Of a DNA stretch of 64,000 nt, positions 1 to 10,852 are shown piece after piece. Made by a program: the position numbers and the translations under genes. The DNA comes from an uncultured delta proteobacterium (lineage in GTDB: Bacteria > Myxococcota > Myxococcia > Myxococcales > Myxococcaceae). The DNA lies in NCBI GenBank assembly GCA_963771175.1, contig CAVYSY010000011.1, positions 1 to 64,000 of the forward strand, given 5' to 3'. Below the pieces are notes generated by a model. That model did no database searches. It saw only the letters and a program-made list of their open reading frames with translations, and was not told where the DNA came from. Numbering within the stretch: position 1 is the first letter of the stretch; every line of letters begins with the position of its first letter.

Positions 1-681
1 CAACGTATTGCTCTCGGGTGCCGCAATCAAAGCCATGTACCCAATGAGGGTGAGGCTCACCATCGTGTAGAGCTGCGTCGTGGAGAACGTGGACCTCAGC
101 TCCGCGTCCAGGGACTCCAGAGCGGTGTTCACGGAGAGGGCCAGGGCGAGGTCGCGCTTGTCCTCGCCATCCAGGCCCGGCCAGTCCTTGAACAGCTCCA
201 GACAGTCGCCCGGAGTGCCACAGCGCTCGCAGAAGCGGCCGTAGGACTGTGCCAGGGGCGTGCGCCACTGCTCGCCCGTGAGCGGGGCGGAGGCCTGCGC
301 GAGCATCCGATTGGGGTAGAGCGGGGGATGGGTGTTGACCACCCGCAGGGGCATGTTCAGCACCAGGGTGGACAGGGCATCGTCGAGCTCGGACTGGCTC
401 ACCCGCACCGCCCCGAATCGCGTGGGCAGGGAGAGGCGGATGGGCTGAGCCGCGGCCTCGTCTTCGGCCGCCTCCTCGGCGTCGACGACTGCCGTGGGGG
501 GCCGCGAGTCTTGTTGGACGCGGGGAGTCGGTGGCCGATAGGGGGAGCCTGTGAGCAGGTTGCCTCGGGGCGCCCACGAAGCGCACCCGGCCTGGAGCAC
601 GAGCACCACGACCGCCAACACTCTCAACCAGGGGCGCTGCCGCGCACCTGCCGGGCGTGGACCTACGAGACGGGTGGACAA
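1..681 (-). CDS. Myxobacterial lipoprotein polymorphic toxin (SitA5-like), N-terminal part; runs off the window edge
   Basis: Manual translation from TTG 681: MSTRLVGPRPAGARQRPWLRVLAVVVLVLQAG|C lipobox, then ...LAQSYGRFCERCGTPGDCLELF...DKRDLALAL...YMALIAAPE, the Cys-containing scaffold typical of Sit-type toxins. No stop in window, so it is absent from the ORF track. Confidence 0.7.
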   Translation of the reverse strand, partial: MSTRLVGPRPAGARQRPWLRVLAVVVLVLQAGCASWAPRGNLLTGSPYRPPTPRVQQDSRPPTAVVDAEEAAEDEAAAQPIRLSLPTRFGAVRVSQSELDDALSTLVLNMPLRVVNTHPPLYPNRMLAQASAPLTGEQWRTPLAQSYGRFCERCGTPGDCLELFKDWPGLDGEDKRDLALALSVNTALESLDAELRSTFSTTQLYTMVSLTLIGYMALIAAPESNTL

Positions 682-769
682 TCAGCACCTCTCCAGCAAG
701 CGACTTGGAGCGCCAACCATGCCCCGGGGATTCTGCCAGGGCACCCGAGGTGATTCTTCGCGGCAACGC

Positions 770-838
770 ACCTCACTTCTGGACGTCCAGAAGTGAGGTA
801 GGTGAATGTGTGATGCTTCTGGACGTCCAGAAGTGAGG
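770..838. repeat. REP-like palindromes, family A (two copies)
   Basis: Perfect 30-bp palindrome ACCTCACTTCTGGACGTCCAGAAGTGAGGT at 770-799; partial copy CTTCTGGACGTCCAGAAGTGAGG at 816-838. Confidence 0.85.
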
Positions 839-986
839 TCCACGAAGGTAACTCGCATGCACCAGGGCCCGCGCGGAGCGGGCGACCGGAAACCGCCGTA
901 CGAGGCGTTTGACACGCGCTCTTCGGCTCCGATTCCGTGGACTCGGCTTGGTCGCTGTCAGGCTGTCCTGATAGGTTGACCCGCGC

Positions 987-1904
987 ATGCGGAACCTCCT
1001 ACTTTTCCGGTCAGCCCTGCTCCTCGTCCTCGTGTCATCCGTGGCCGTGGCCAAGGGACGCGAGCCCGTCGAGAGGAGCATTGTCCTCTCGGACCACCCG
1101 AGGCTCGAGGCGCCCAACGTGTACGTCGCCGGTGGTATCGCGACGGTCCTCCGCTTCGAGCAGGACTGTGACCCGGCTCGGACGAAGATGTTGGGCTGGG
1201 AAGGCCGCTTCGAGCCCCTGCTTTGTGGCGGTAGGTCGGTGGTCGTGGTGCCACTCCAGGACCTGAAGCCCGAAGACCGGTTGCTGTTGCTGGTCACGCT
1301 CGTGGACGGAACGGAGCTGCCCTTCACCCTGGCGACACGGAAGCAGACCGTTTCCGATCGGGAGGGCGATCAACAGGTCAACGTGTTCCGTGACCGCGAG
1401 GCCCCGCATGCGGTGCTCGCGTCCCTGTACGACGCGCTCGGCAGGGAGCGGGTGCTACGCGAGGAAGTCGAGCGCCTCCGAGGTGAGGATTCCGTGGACC
1501 ACGCGCTCGCCTCGCTCTTGCTGAAGGGCGCGGTACGGATGACGCCGTTCCGTCCCAGGCGCTCATGGTCGTTCAAGGGCGACGGGGTGAACATGGACGT
1601 CCAGACCTTTCTGAGCAAGGACAAGTCCGCGGTCGTGTTCCGCATCATGAACCAGGATTCGGACGAGTCTTGGAAACTTCAGGAGGCGCGCTTGTTGAAT
1701 CCGCGCACGGGACAGACGCGATCGTTCGCGCTTCGCATGGAGCAGGACGCGATTGCCCCAGGTTCTTCGGGTGGCATCGCGGTCATTGCCGACAGGAGCG
1801 CATTCACAGCGGAGGACGAAACCGACCAACTCGTCCTCCAACTCTTTCGGTCGGACGGACTGCAGCAGGCTTACGTGGTCCTAGAACGCCCAGTGGGGCG
1901 TTAG
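987..1904 (+). CDS. DUF2381 family protein
   Basis: 305 aa with signal peptide; 'VYVAGGIATVLRF..CDPARTKMLGWEGRFEPL' and 'DQQVNVFRD' fit the myxobacterial DUF2381 family. Confidence 0.8.
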   Translation: MRNLLLFRSALLLVLVSSVAVAKGREPVERSIVLSDHPRLEAPNVYVAGGIATVLRFEQDCDPARTKMLGWEGRFEPLLCGGRSVVVVPLQDLKPEDRLLLLVTLVDGTELPFTLATRKQTVSDREGDQQVNVFRDREAPHAVLASLYDALGRERVLREEVERLRGEDSVDHALASLLLKGAVRMTPFRPRRSWSFKGDGVNMDVQTFLSKDKSAVVFRIMNQDSDESWKLQEARLLNPRTGQTRSFALRMEQDAIAPGSSGGIAVIADRSAFTAEDETDQLVLQLFRSDGLQQAYVVLERPVGR

Positions 1905-1925
1905 TCAGATCCGCCGGCCATGACC

Positions 1926-2411
1926 ATGAATCGAGTATTTGTCCTCTGCTCCGCCATTGTGCTCGGCACCGCTTGGGGTTGCGCGACTCCCGGTGGCGTG
2001 TACGTGCGACCAGACGGAACTCCTGGACCGCAGGAGTGTCCAGAGAAGGCCCTGGAGGCGATGCGCATTCTGCGCCTGCGTGTGGGCGATGCGGCTTTCG
2101 TGGATCTCGACGTGAACCAGGCCGACGTCACCCCCATCCGGCTGTATGACGGACCCATCGAGAGCATGCTGAGCCAGAACCTCGGGCCACTCGAAGCGCC
2201 CACCCGGCTTTACGGGCAGGTCTGGACGGGGGGACCGCAGGTCGTCATCCGCTACTACGAGGCCCACCCAACGGATGGAGAGAAGATTCCCATCTGCGCG
2301 GTGGCTCGGCTCGCGAAGGGCCAGCTCAGGAAGCTGCCCGGGTCCGTGCCGGGGATGGCCATCGTCGAATTCTCGGTCGCGGGGGCCTACGTCGTGGACT
2401 CGTTCCGCTGA
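1926..2411 (+). CDS. Lipoprotein resembling the C-terminal domain of DUF2381-associated Ser/Thr kinases
   Basis: Lipobox AWG|C; motifs 'PQECP..AL.AM', 'RLYGQVWTGG..V.IRYYEA', 'PICAV'; directly follows DUF2381 gene. Confidence 0.65.
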   Translation: MNRVFVLCSAIVLGTAWGCATPGGVYVRPDGTPGPQECPEKALEAMRILRLRVGDAAFVDLDVNQADVTPIRLYDGPIESMLSQNLGPLEAPTRLYGQVWTGGPQVVIRYYEAHPTDGEKIPICAVARLAKGQLRKLPGSVPGMAIVEFSVAGAYVVDSFR

Positions 2412-2635
2412 CTTTTGAGACGCGGCGCCCCCACCCGGGGTGAATCCACTGGTGCCCTGGGTGGGCTCGTTGTGACACGTCTGTTACGCACCGCGTTGTG
2501 GACCGTCCGAGGGGGGGCCTGTCCCTCCATTTGCCGTGGCGCGCCATGAGGCGAGCGGAGTGCTAATCTGCCCCCCGGTTGGCGTCGCGGGCGGGGCGCG
2601 CTGATGTACGTGGACTCGGACAAACCGGAGGGTCG

Positions 2636-3916
2636 GTGGGCACGCTCCTGAAAGGCGGAATCGTCGTCGAGCTGGAACCCGCGTGTGTCGAGCGGGTGGA
2701 CCTGCGCATCGAGGGCGAGCGCATCGTGGCCCGGGGCCCCGATCTCCAGGCCGCGCCGGGCGACGAGGTCATCGCCCTCTCGGGCAAGCTCGTCTTCCCG
2801 GGCCTGGTGAGCTCGCACCAGCGGCTCTACGCGAGCCTGGGGCGCGGCATGCCCCGGCCCAAGCTGGAGGGCTACCAGGACCTGCTGGAGAAGGTGCGCT
2901 GGCCCTACGAGGATGCGCTGGACCTGGAGGCGGTGCAGGTGGCCGCGACCGCCGGCGGCCTCGAGGCGCTGCAGTGCGGCACCACCACGCTCTTCGATCT
3001 GCACTCCTCGCCCAAGGCGGTGCAGGGCTCCCTGCTGCGCATTGGCCGGGGGCTGCACGAGGTGGGCGTGCGCGGGGTGCTCTCCTACGCGGTGACGGAC
3101 CGCAAGGGGGCGCTGGGACGCGAGGAGGGGCTGGAGGAGACGGTGTCCTTCACGCGCAAGGCGCGCGGGCGGCTGCGGGGGCAGGTGGGCACGGCGCCGC
3201 TCTTCACCGTGGGCAAGGAGGCCCTGGAGGGGCTCGCCGAGGCGCTCAAGAGCAGCAACACGGGGCTGCACGTGCCGCTGGCGGAGGACCCGCTGGACGA
3301 GAAGCTCTCGATGGAGCGTTACGACTCCTCGCCGGTGATGCGGCTGGTGGACGGCGGGCTGCTGTCGCCGCAGACGCTGCTGGCGCACGTGGGGCACCTG
3401 TCGTGGCCGGAACTGGCGCAACTGCTGCCCACGGGGGCGTGGCTGGCGCACACGCCGCGCTCGAACATGGAGAGCGAGGTGGGGTACGCGCCAGCGCTGA
3501 AGTTCGGCCACCGGGCCACGCTGGGCGCCGACGGGGTGAGCGCGGACATGTTCGCCGAGGCGCAGGCGGCCTGGCTGCGCTCTCGCGACGCGGGCCAGCC
3601 CATCGACGTGCTGCGCTACCTGGCCAACGGGCAGCGCCTGGCCTCGCAGACGTTCGGCTCGCAGGTGGGGATGATGCGCGAGGGCGCGCTGGCGGACCTG
3701 CTCCTCATGGACTACCAGCCGGCCACGCCGCTCACGGCCGAGAACCTGGCATGGCACGTGGTGTTCGGCCTGGGCTCTCGCCACGTCGAGTCGGTGATGG
3801 TGGACGGCGTGTGGCGGGTGTGGGCGCGCCGGCCCCTGTCGGTCAACCCGTCGGTGGTGGCGGAGCAGGCGCGCGAGGCCGCCGCGGCCGTCTGGGCGCG
3901 CATGAGCCAGAAGTGA
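2636..3916 (+). CDS. Amidohydrolase family protein (SsnA/chlorohydrolase-like)
   Basis: GGAGG RBS before GTG 2636; motifs 'LVFPGLV', 'GTTTLFDLH', 'LHVPLAE', 'HTPRSNM', 'GALADL', 'VESVMVDG'. Confidence 0.8.
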   Translation: MGTLLKGGIVVELEPACVERVDLRIEGERIVARGPDLQAAPGDEVIALSGKLVFPGLVSSHQRLYASLGRGMPRPKLEGYQDLLEKVRWPYEDALDLEAVQVAATAGGLEALQCGTTTLFDLHSSPKAVQGSLLRIGRGLHEVGVRGVLSYAVTDRKGALGREEGLEETVSFTRKARGRLRGQVGTAPLFTVGKEALEGLAEALKSSNTGLHVPLAEDPLDEKLSMERYDSSPVMRLVDGGLLSPQTLLAHVGHLSWPELAQLLPTGAWLAHTPRSNMESEVGYAPALKFGHRATLGADGVSADMFAEAQAAWLRSRDAGQPIDVLRYLANGQRLASQTFGSQVGMMREGALADLLLMDYQPATPLTAENLAWHVVFGLGSRHVESVMVDGVWRVWARRPLSVNPSVVAEQAREAAAAVWARMSQK

Positions 3917-3929
3917 TAAGCAAGCAGCC

Positions 3930-4481
3930 ATGCTCATTCCAACGCTCGTGGCTGGCTTCTTCGCGGGAGCCACCCCTCAGGTCGGGGACGTGGCGCCGGA
4001 CTTCACGGTGGAGGACACCGCCGGCAAGTCGTACACCCTGTCGCAGATGGTGAAGGACGGCCCGGTCATCCTGGCCTTCTTCCCCAAGGCTTTCACAGGT
4101 GGTTGAACGCGCGAGCTCTCGGCGTACCGGGATCGGTACGCGGATGTCGAGAAGCTCCACGGCCAGGTCCTGGCCGTCAGTACGGATGACAAGGAAACGT
4201 TGGCGAAGTTCAAGGAGTCGTTGAAGGCGCAGTTCCCGTTCATTCCGGATCCGGACGCGACGCTGACGAACCTCTATGAGGTGAAGACGCCGGTGTTGAA
4301 GCTGGCGAACCGCTACACGTTCGTGATCGGCGAGGACCGCAAGGTCCTGAAGGTGGAGTCCGGTAAGGACGCCATCGATCCGAACGGGGCGATCGTGTCC
4401 TGTCCGATCCGCAAGCCGAAGGCGGACGCGGGCGTGGATGCGGCGAAGGAAGCGGACACGGGCACGGACGCCAAGAAGTAG
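3930..4481 (+). CDS. BCP/PrxQ-type peroxiredoxin, probable selenoprotein (Sec at codon 59, TGA 4104-4106)
   Basis: Continuous frame MLIPTLVAG...GDVAPDFT...FFPKAFTGG[TGA]TRELSAYRD...VLAVSTD...FPFIPDPD...RYTFVIG; the TGA sits at the peroxidatic Cys of PxxxTxxC. Confidence 0.85.
4122..4141 (+). promoter_or_regulatory. Bacterial SECIS-like hairpin
   Basis: 8-bp stem GCGTACCG/CGGTACGC with a GGAT loop starting 23 nt after the in-frame TGA. Confidence 0.7.
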
Positions 4482-4632
4482 GCCCCCTCTCCCTTCTCCC
4501 GGTGGGGGAGGGGAGAACCCCTGGCCTGCTCGCGCCTCTCGCATAGGGAGCGAGCGGCCAGCCCTGGGGCAGCTCACGAATCCGCCGTGGCATCTCCATC
4601 CTCATGTGGACGCTTGACCCACGGAGGACCCA

Positions 4633-5436
4633 ATGCCCCCCACTCTCGACATCTCTTCCCTCCAACCCGCCACCACGCCTGCCGTGTTGCGCGAGGGCTC
4701 GCGCGGCCCCGAGGTCGCCGAGCTGCAACGCAGGTTGCTCGCCGCCGGCTTCGACCCTGGACTGGCCGACGGTGACTTCGGCCCGAGGACCGACACGGCC
4801 GTGAGGGCCTTCCAGAAGTCCCGGGGTCTCGTCGTGGATGGCATCGTCGGGCCTCGGACCTGGAGCGCGCTCGGCGCCCACGTCGAGGCACCTGGCGTTC
4901 GCACGGGGACGGGGCTCACCGAGAAGCAGCTCCGGGACATCATGCCCAGGTTGTCGGCCGCCCGTGCCGAGGAGTGCCTGCCCCACCTGGACGCGGCGAT
5001 GGTCGAGGCGGACATCGTCACCTCGCAGCGCCAGGCGGCCTTTCTCGCGCAGCTCGCCCACGAGAGCGGGGAACTGCGCTTCTTCGAGGAGCTCTCCTCC
5101 GGTGAGCAGTACGAGGGCCGGAAGGATCTGGGCAACACCGAGCCGGGGGATGGCCGACGCTACAAAGGCCGGGGCCCCATTCAGCTCACCGGCCGGGCCA
5201 ATTATCGCGCCGCCGGGCGTGCACTGGGCATCGACCTGGAGGGCAATCCCACGCGTGCCGGGGATGTCGACGTGGGCTTCCGCGTGGCGGCCTGGTACTG
5301 GACGAGCCGGGGCCTCAACGCGCTCGCGGACGCGGGGGACTTCCGGGAGATCACCCGCCGCATCAACGGGGGCTTCAACGGGCTCGCCGAGCGCGAGGCG
5401 TACTACCGGCGCGCGCTGGAGGTCCTCGCCCACTGA
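4633..5436 (+). CDS. Peptidoglycan-binding domain + GH19 (lysozyme/chitinase-like) protein
   Basis: N-terminal 'LREGSRGPEVAELQRRL...DGDFGPRT..AVRAFQ..GLVVDGIVGPRTW'; C-terminal 'AAFLAQLAHES', 'YKGRGPIQLTGRANY', 'INGG.NG'. Confidence 0.9.
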   Translation: MPPTLDISSLQPATTPAVLREGSRGPEVAELQRRLLAAGFDPGLADGDFGPRTDTAVRAFQKSRGLVVDGIVGPRTWSALGAHVEAPGVRTGTGLTEKQLRDIMPRLSAARAEECLPHLDAAMVEADIVTSQRQAAFLAQLAHESGELRFFEELSSGEQYEGRKDLGNTEPGDGRRYKGRGPIQLTGRANYRAAGRALGIDLEGNPTRAGDVDVGFRVAAWYWTSRGLNALADAGDFREITRRINGGFNGLAEREAYYRRALEVLAH

Positions 5437-5440
5437 GTGA

Positions 5441-6442
<1,002 letters not shown>

Positions 6443-6659
6443 GTGGGAAAGGGTTCGTCCGCCCAGCCGGGGGTGAAAGCGAGGGGGGCCGGACAAGGTC
6501 GACTCGCGGACGCTCGTGCGCGCGCGACGTCCGCCAGAGAGCAGGCGCGGCGTTCATCGGTGCACGGACGGGAGGGGAAGCAGCCGAGCGTGACTTGTTC
6601 GGTGGCATGCGGATGCATAGCCCGTGGAGACCAACTCAACAGTCGCTGGAGGCCGTGTG

Positions 6660-7637
6660 ATGCAAACAGGGTCGGGAGCGAGGATGAAGGCCGCGGTGCT
6701 CGCGGCTCCAAAGGGCGCGCGCGTGGAGAACGTGGCGAAGCCGGAGCCGCGGTCGGGGCAGCTGCGCGTGCGGCTCGAGGGCTGTGGCGTTTGCGGCTCG
6801 AACCTCCCCACCTGGGAGGGCCGCGAGTGGTTCAAGTACCCCATGGCCCCGGGTGCTCCCGGCCACGAGGGCTGGGGCGTGGTGGACGTCGTGGGCCCGG
6901 ACGTGAAGGGCTTCAAGGCGGGGGACCGGGTGGCCTTCCTCTCCGGCAACGCCTACGCCGAGTACGACGTGGTGAACCAGGACTCCGCGGTGGCGCTGCC
7001 CAGGGCGCTGGATGGGAAGCCCTTCCCGGGTGAGCCGCTCGGCTGTGCGATGAACATCTTCCGCCGCAGCGAGATTCTGCCGGGAGATGCGGTGGCCATC
7101 ATCGGCATCGGCTTCCTGGGAGCCCTCCTGACGAAGCTGGCCACGCAGGCGGGAGCGCGGGTGCTCGCCATCACCCGACGGCCGTGGGCGCTGGAGGTGG
7201 CACGGGGCATGGGCGCCGTCGAGTGCATCCCCATGGACGACCACCACCGCATCATCAACCGGGTGAAGGACCTCACGGGCGGCAAGTTCTGCGAGCGCGT
7301 CATCGAGGTGGTGGGCGAGCAGTGGCCGCTGGACCTCGCGGGCGAGCTCACGCGCGAGCGCGGGCGGCTGATGATCGCCGGCTACCACCAGGACGGCCCG
7401 CGGCAGGTGAACATGTGGCTGTGGAACTGGCGCGGCCTGGACGTCATCAACGCCCATGAGCGCGACCCCAAGGCCTACCTCGACGGCATCCGCATGGCGG
7501 TGGACGCGGTGGCCAGTGGGGTGCTGGACCCGACGCCGCTCTACACCCACTCGTACAAGCTGGATCAGCTCAACACCGCCTTCGAGATGATGAAGACGCG
7601 TCCCGATGGCTTTCTCAAGGCGCTCGTCACCCTATGA
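6660..7637 (+). CDS. Zinc-binding MDR dehydrogenase (sugar/polyol dehydrogenase-like)
   Basis: CGVCGS, GHEGWG, GIGFLG Rossmann motif. Confidence 0.85.
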   Translation: MQTGSGARMKAAVLAAPKGARVENVAKPEPRSGQLRVRLEGCGVCGSNLPTWEGREWFKYPMAPGAPGHEGWGVVDVVGPDVKGFKAGDRVAFLSGNAYAEYDVVNQDSAVALPRALDGKPFPGEPLGCAMNIFRRSEILPGDAVAIIGIGFLGALLTKLATQAGARVLAITRRPWALEVARGMGAVECIPMDDHHRIINRVKDLTGGKFCERVIEVVGEQWPLDLAGELTRERGRLMIAGYHQDGPRQVNMWLWNWRGLDVINAHERDPKAYLDGIRMAVDAVASGVLDPTPLYTHSYKLDQLNTAFEMMKTRPDGFLKALVTL

Positions 7638-8656
7638 ACGCGATGACTGGAATGGCAGCGACGAAGACGCAGATGTCCCGCCCGAGGCTCGGCTTCCTCG
7701 GTGTGGGGTGGATTGGCCGTCACCGCATGGAGGCCATCGCTCGCGGCGAGTCGGCCGAGGTGGTGGCGGTGTCGGACCCCTCGGAGGAGGCGTGCGCCGA
7801 GGCGCTGAAGGCGGCGCCGAAGGGCCAGCGCGTGGGCTCGTTCGAGGAATTGCTGGAACTGCCGCTGGACGGCATCGTCATCGCCACGCCGAGCGCGGAC
7901 CATGCCGAGCAGTCGATTCGAGTGCTGGAGCGAGGGATGGCGGTGTTCTGCCAGAAGCCGCTGGGGCGCACGGCGCAGGAGGTGCGGCGTGTGGTGGACG
8001 CGGCGCGCGCGGCGGACCGGCTGCTGGGCGTGGACCTGTCCTACCGCTTCACGACGGGCCTGCAGGAGCTGCGCAAGCACATCCGCGGTGGGGCTCTGGG
8101 CGAGGTGTTCTCATCGGAGCTCGTGTTCCACAACGCCTACGGGCCGGACAAGCCGTGGTTCTACGAGCCGAAGCTGTCGGGCGGTGGGTGTGTGATGGAC
8201 CTGGGCATCCACCTGGTGGACCTGGCGCTGTGGGTGCTCGACTTCCCCGAGGTGAAGAAGGTGGAGAGCCACCTGTTCGCCGGGGGCAAGCCGGTGCGCG
8301 GCCGGGGAGACGTGGTGGAGGACTACGCGGTGGCTCAGTTGGAGATGGCCAATGGCACCACTGCGCGGCTGGCCTGCTCGTGGAAGCTGAGCGCGGGCTG
8401 TGACGCCATCATCGAGGCCTCTTTCTACGGCACGAAGGGCGGCGCGGCATTCCGCAACGTGAACGGGTCCTTCTACGCCTTCACGGCGGACCTCTTCCAT
8501 GGCACGTCGCGCTCGCGCCTCGCCGAGCCGCCGGACGCGTGGGGCGGACGTGCGGCGGTGGACTGGGCGAAGCGGCTGGCGAGCGGAGAGCGCTTCGACC
8601 CGAGCTGCGAACGGCTGGTGGACGTGTCCCACGTGCTGGACCGCATCTACGGCTGA
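7634..8656 (+). CDS. Gfo/Idh/MocA family oxidoreductase
   Basis: GVGWIG, IATP..H, CQKP, GGGCVMDLGIH; ATGA-coupled to the upstream gene. Confidence 0.9.
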   Translation: MNAMTGMAATKTQMSRPRLGFLGVGWIGRHRMEAIARGESAEVVAVSDPSEEACAEALKAAPKGQRVGSFEELLELPLDGIVIATPSADHAEQSIRVLERGMAVFCQKPLGRTAQEVRRVVDAARAADRLLGVDLSYRFTTGLQELRKHIRGGALGEVFSSELVFHNAYGPDKPWFYEPKLSGGGCVMDLGIHLVDLALWVLDFPEVKKVESHLFAGGKPVRGRGDVVEDYAVAQLEMANGTTARLACSWKLSAGCDAIIEASFYGTKGGAAFRNVNGSFYAFTADLFHGTSRSRLAEPPDAWGGRAAVDWAKRLASGERFDPSCERLVDVSHVLDRIYG

Positions 8657-8666
8657 GCCCCCTCCG

Positions 8667-8702
8667 CGCACCTCACTTCTGGACGTCCAGGGGTGAGGTG
8701 CG
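8667..8702. repeat. REP-like palindrome, family A (third copy)
   Basis: CGCACCTCACTTCTGGACGTCCAGGGGTGAGGTGCG, intergenic just after the stop at 8656. Confidence 0.8.
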
Positions 8703-8806
8703 GCCGGTAGGCCGAGGGCATGGCTCCCCGCTCGCCGTGTGGAGACCGGAGCGAAATGGGGTCTGTTGGGAACTGAAAAAGAATGCATGCGCGTTCGAGT
8801 GACACC

Positions 8807-10616
8807 ATGCAGAGCCCTTCGAGCGCCCACGGGCACCTCCGCCGCAGCGTGACCTACATCCGCCCGTTCCGGTTCTCCGTCTTCGCCATCCTCGTGCTGG
8901 TGCTGCTCAACGGGGGCATCAACGCGCTCGAGCCGCTGGTGCTCAAGCACATCTTCGACTCGCTGGGCAGCGAGGGGAGCGTGCGGGCGGTGGTGCTGGG
9001 CGTGGCGCTCCTGCTGGGCGCGGGGGTGGTGCGCGAGGGCCTCACCGCGGTGAGCAACTGGCTCACGTGGCGCACGCGCATCGGGGTGCACTTCTCGCTG
9101 ATGGAGCAGGTGGTGGGCCGGCTGCACCGGCTGCCGCTGAGCTTCCACCGCGAGGAGGGCGTGGGCGCCACCCTCACGCGCCTGGAGCGCGGCATCCAGG
9201 GCTTCGTCAGCGCCGTGCACGAGATGGCCTTCAACGTCATCCCCGCTGCGGCCTACCTCCTCATCTCCATCACCATCATGGTGAAGCTGGACTGGCGGCT
9301 GGCGCTGCTGGCGCTGGCCTTCGCGCCGCTGCCGGTGCTCATCGCCCGGAGGGCCGCGCCCGTCCAGGTGGCCCGCGAGAAGACGCTGATGGACCGCTGG
9401 GCGAAAATCTACTCGCGCTTCAACGAGGTGCTCTCCGGCATCGTCACGGTGAAGAGCTTCGCCATGGAGGAGTGCGAGAAGCAGCGCTTCCTCACGGAGG
9501 TGCGCGAGGCCAACGGCGTGGTGACGCGCGGGGTGGGGCAGGACTCGGTGGTGACCGCGTCGCAGAACGGCGTGGTGCTGCTGGCGCGCGTGGCGGCCAT
9601 CGCCTTCGGCGGCATGCTGGCGCTCAAGGGCGAGGTGACGGTGGGCACGCTGGTGGCCTTCCTCGGCTACGTGGGCGGCCTCTTCGGGCCCGTGCAGGGC
9701 CTGAGCGGCGTGTACCGCACCCTGCGTACCGGCTCGGTGGCCATGGACCAGGTCTTCGGCATCCTCGACGCGCAGGACCACCTGGGCGACGCGCCGGATG
9801 CGAAGGAAGTGACGCAGGTGCACGGTGAGGTGTCCTTCGAGAACGTGCACTTCTCCTACTCGGCCAACACCGACAAGCCGCTGCTGCGTGGCATCGACCT
9901 GCACGTGCGCCCCGGCGAGAACATCGCCCTGGTGGGCCCCAGCGGCGCGGGCAAGAGCACGCTGATGGCGCTGCTGTGCCGCTTCTACGACCCGACCCTG
10001 GGCTCCATCCGCATCGACGGCCAGGACCTCCGCGGCCTCAAGCAGCTGTCGCTGCGGCGCAACATCGGCGTGGTGCTGCAGGACGCACTCCTCTTCAACG
10101 AGAGCGTGCGCAACAACATCGCCTACGGCCGGCCGGACGCCTCCATGGACGACATCATCGCCGCCGCCAAGGCCGCGCACGCGCACGACTTCATCCTCGC
10201 GCCTGCCGCAGGGCTACGACACGCTGGTGGGCGAGCGTGGCAGCCGGCTCTCCGGGGGCGAGCGCCAGCGCGTGGCCATCGCCCGCGCGCTGCTGAAGGA
10301 CCCGCCCATCCTCATCCTCGACGAGCCCACGAGCGCGCTGGACGCCGAGAGCGAGGCGCTGGTGCAGGAGGCCCTGGGCCGGCTGATGAAGGGCCGCACC
10401 ACCTTCGCCATCGCCCACCGCCTCTCCACGGTGGTGGACGCGGACCGCATCCTGGTGCTCAAGAACGGCCACATCGTCGAGGAGGGCAACCACGCGCAGC
10501 TCCTGGCGCGCAATGGCTACTACGCCTCCCTGGTGCGAAGGCAGACGCGAGGCCTGCTGCCCGACGGGCCGCTGCTCGCCGCGCCCCAGCCGAACAAGTC
10601 CGCCTCGGCGGCCTGA
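8807..10616 (+). CDS. ABC exporter, fused TMD-NBD (MsbA-like); one frameshift near 10195
   Basis: TM domain, Walker [11 protein letters not shown]-loop; LSGGERQR and [12 protein letters not shown] continue in another frame (ORF 10227-10616). Confidence 0.9.
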
Positions 10617-10673
10617 CGCCCCAGGTGCCGCCCGCGTCGTGCAGTTCAAAACGGGGGCTCCGGCTTGCTCCGG

Positions 10674-10738
10674 TGGTAGATGTCTACCAGTGGTGTGGGC
10701 GTACCGACCACCTGTCAGTGGTAGACGTCTACCACTGA
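10674..10738. repeat. Palindromic repeats, family B (two copies)
   Basis: TGGTAGATGTCTACCA at 10674-10689 and perfect TCAGTGGTAGACGTCTACCACTGA at 10715-10738. Confidence 0.8.
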
Positions 10739-10852
10739 GGTCGGCTGGAGGCCGCATGGAGGAAAGCGGCTTGAGGGCGCGGGTCCGCTCGAATTCCGGG
10801 GCAGGCGCGGGGAGGGGTGTAGCCTGCGCTCACGCCTTCGAGGCCGCTCCCC

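Noticed and set aside
770..838. Two ~30-bp repeats as a mini CRISPR array
   Set aside because: Only two units, perfectly palindromic, short spacer, dispersed copy at 8667, and no cas genes in the window.
4633..5436. GH19 as a prophage endolysin
   Set aside because: No holin, structural or integrase genes nearby.
6603..6617. TGGCATGCGGATGCA as a sigma54 promoter
   Set aside because: GG-to-GC spacing is one base short of the strict requirement; only an indel error would rescue it.
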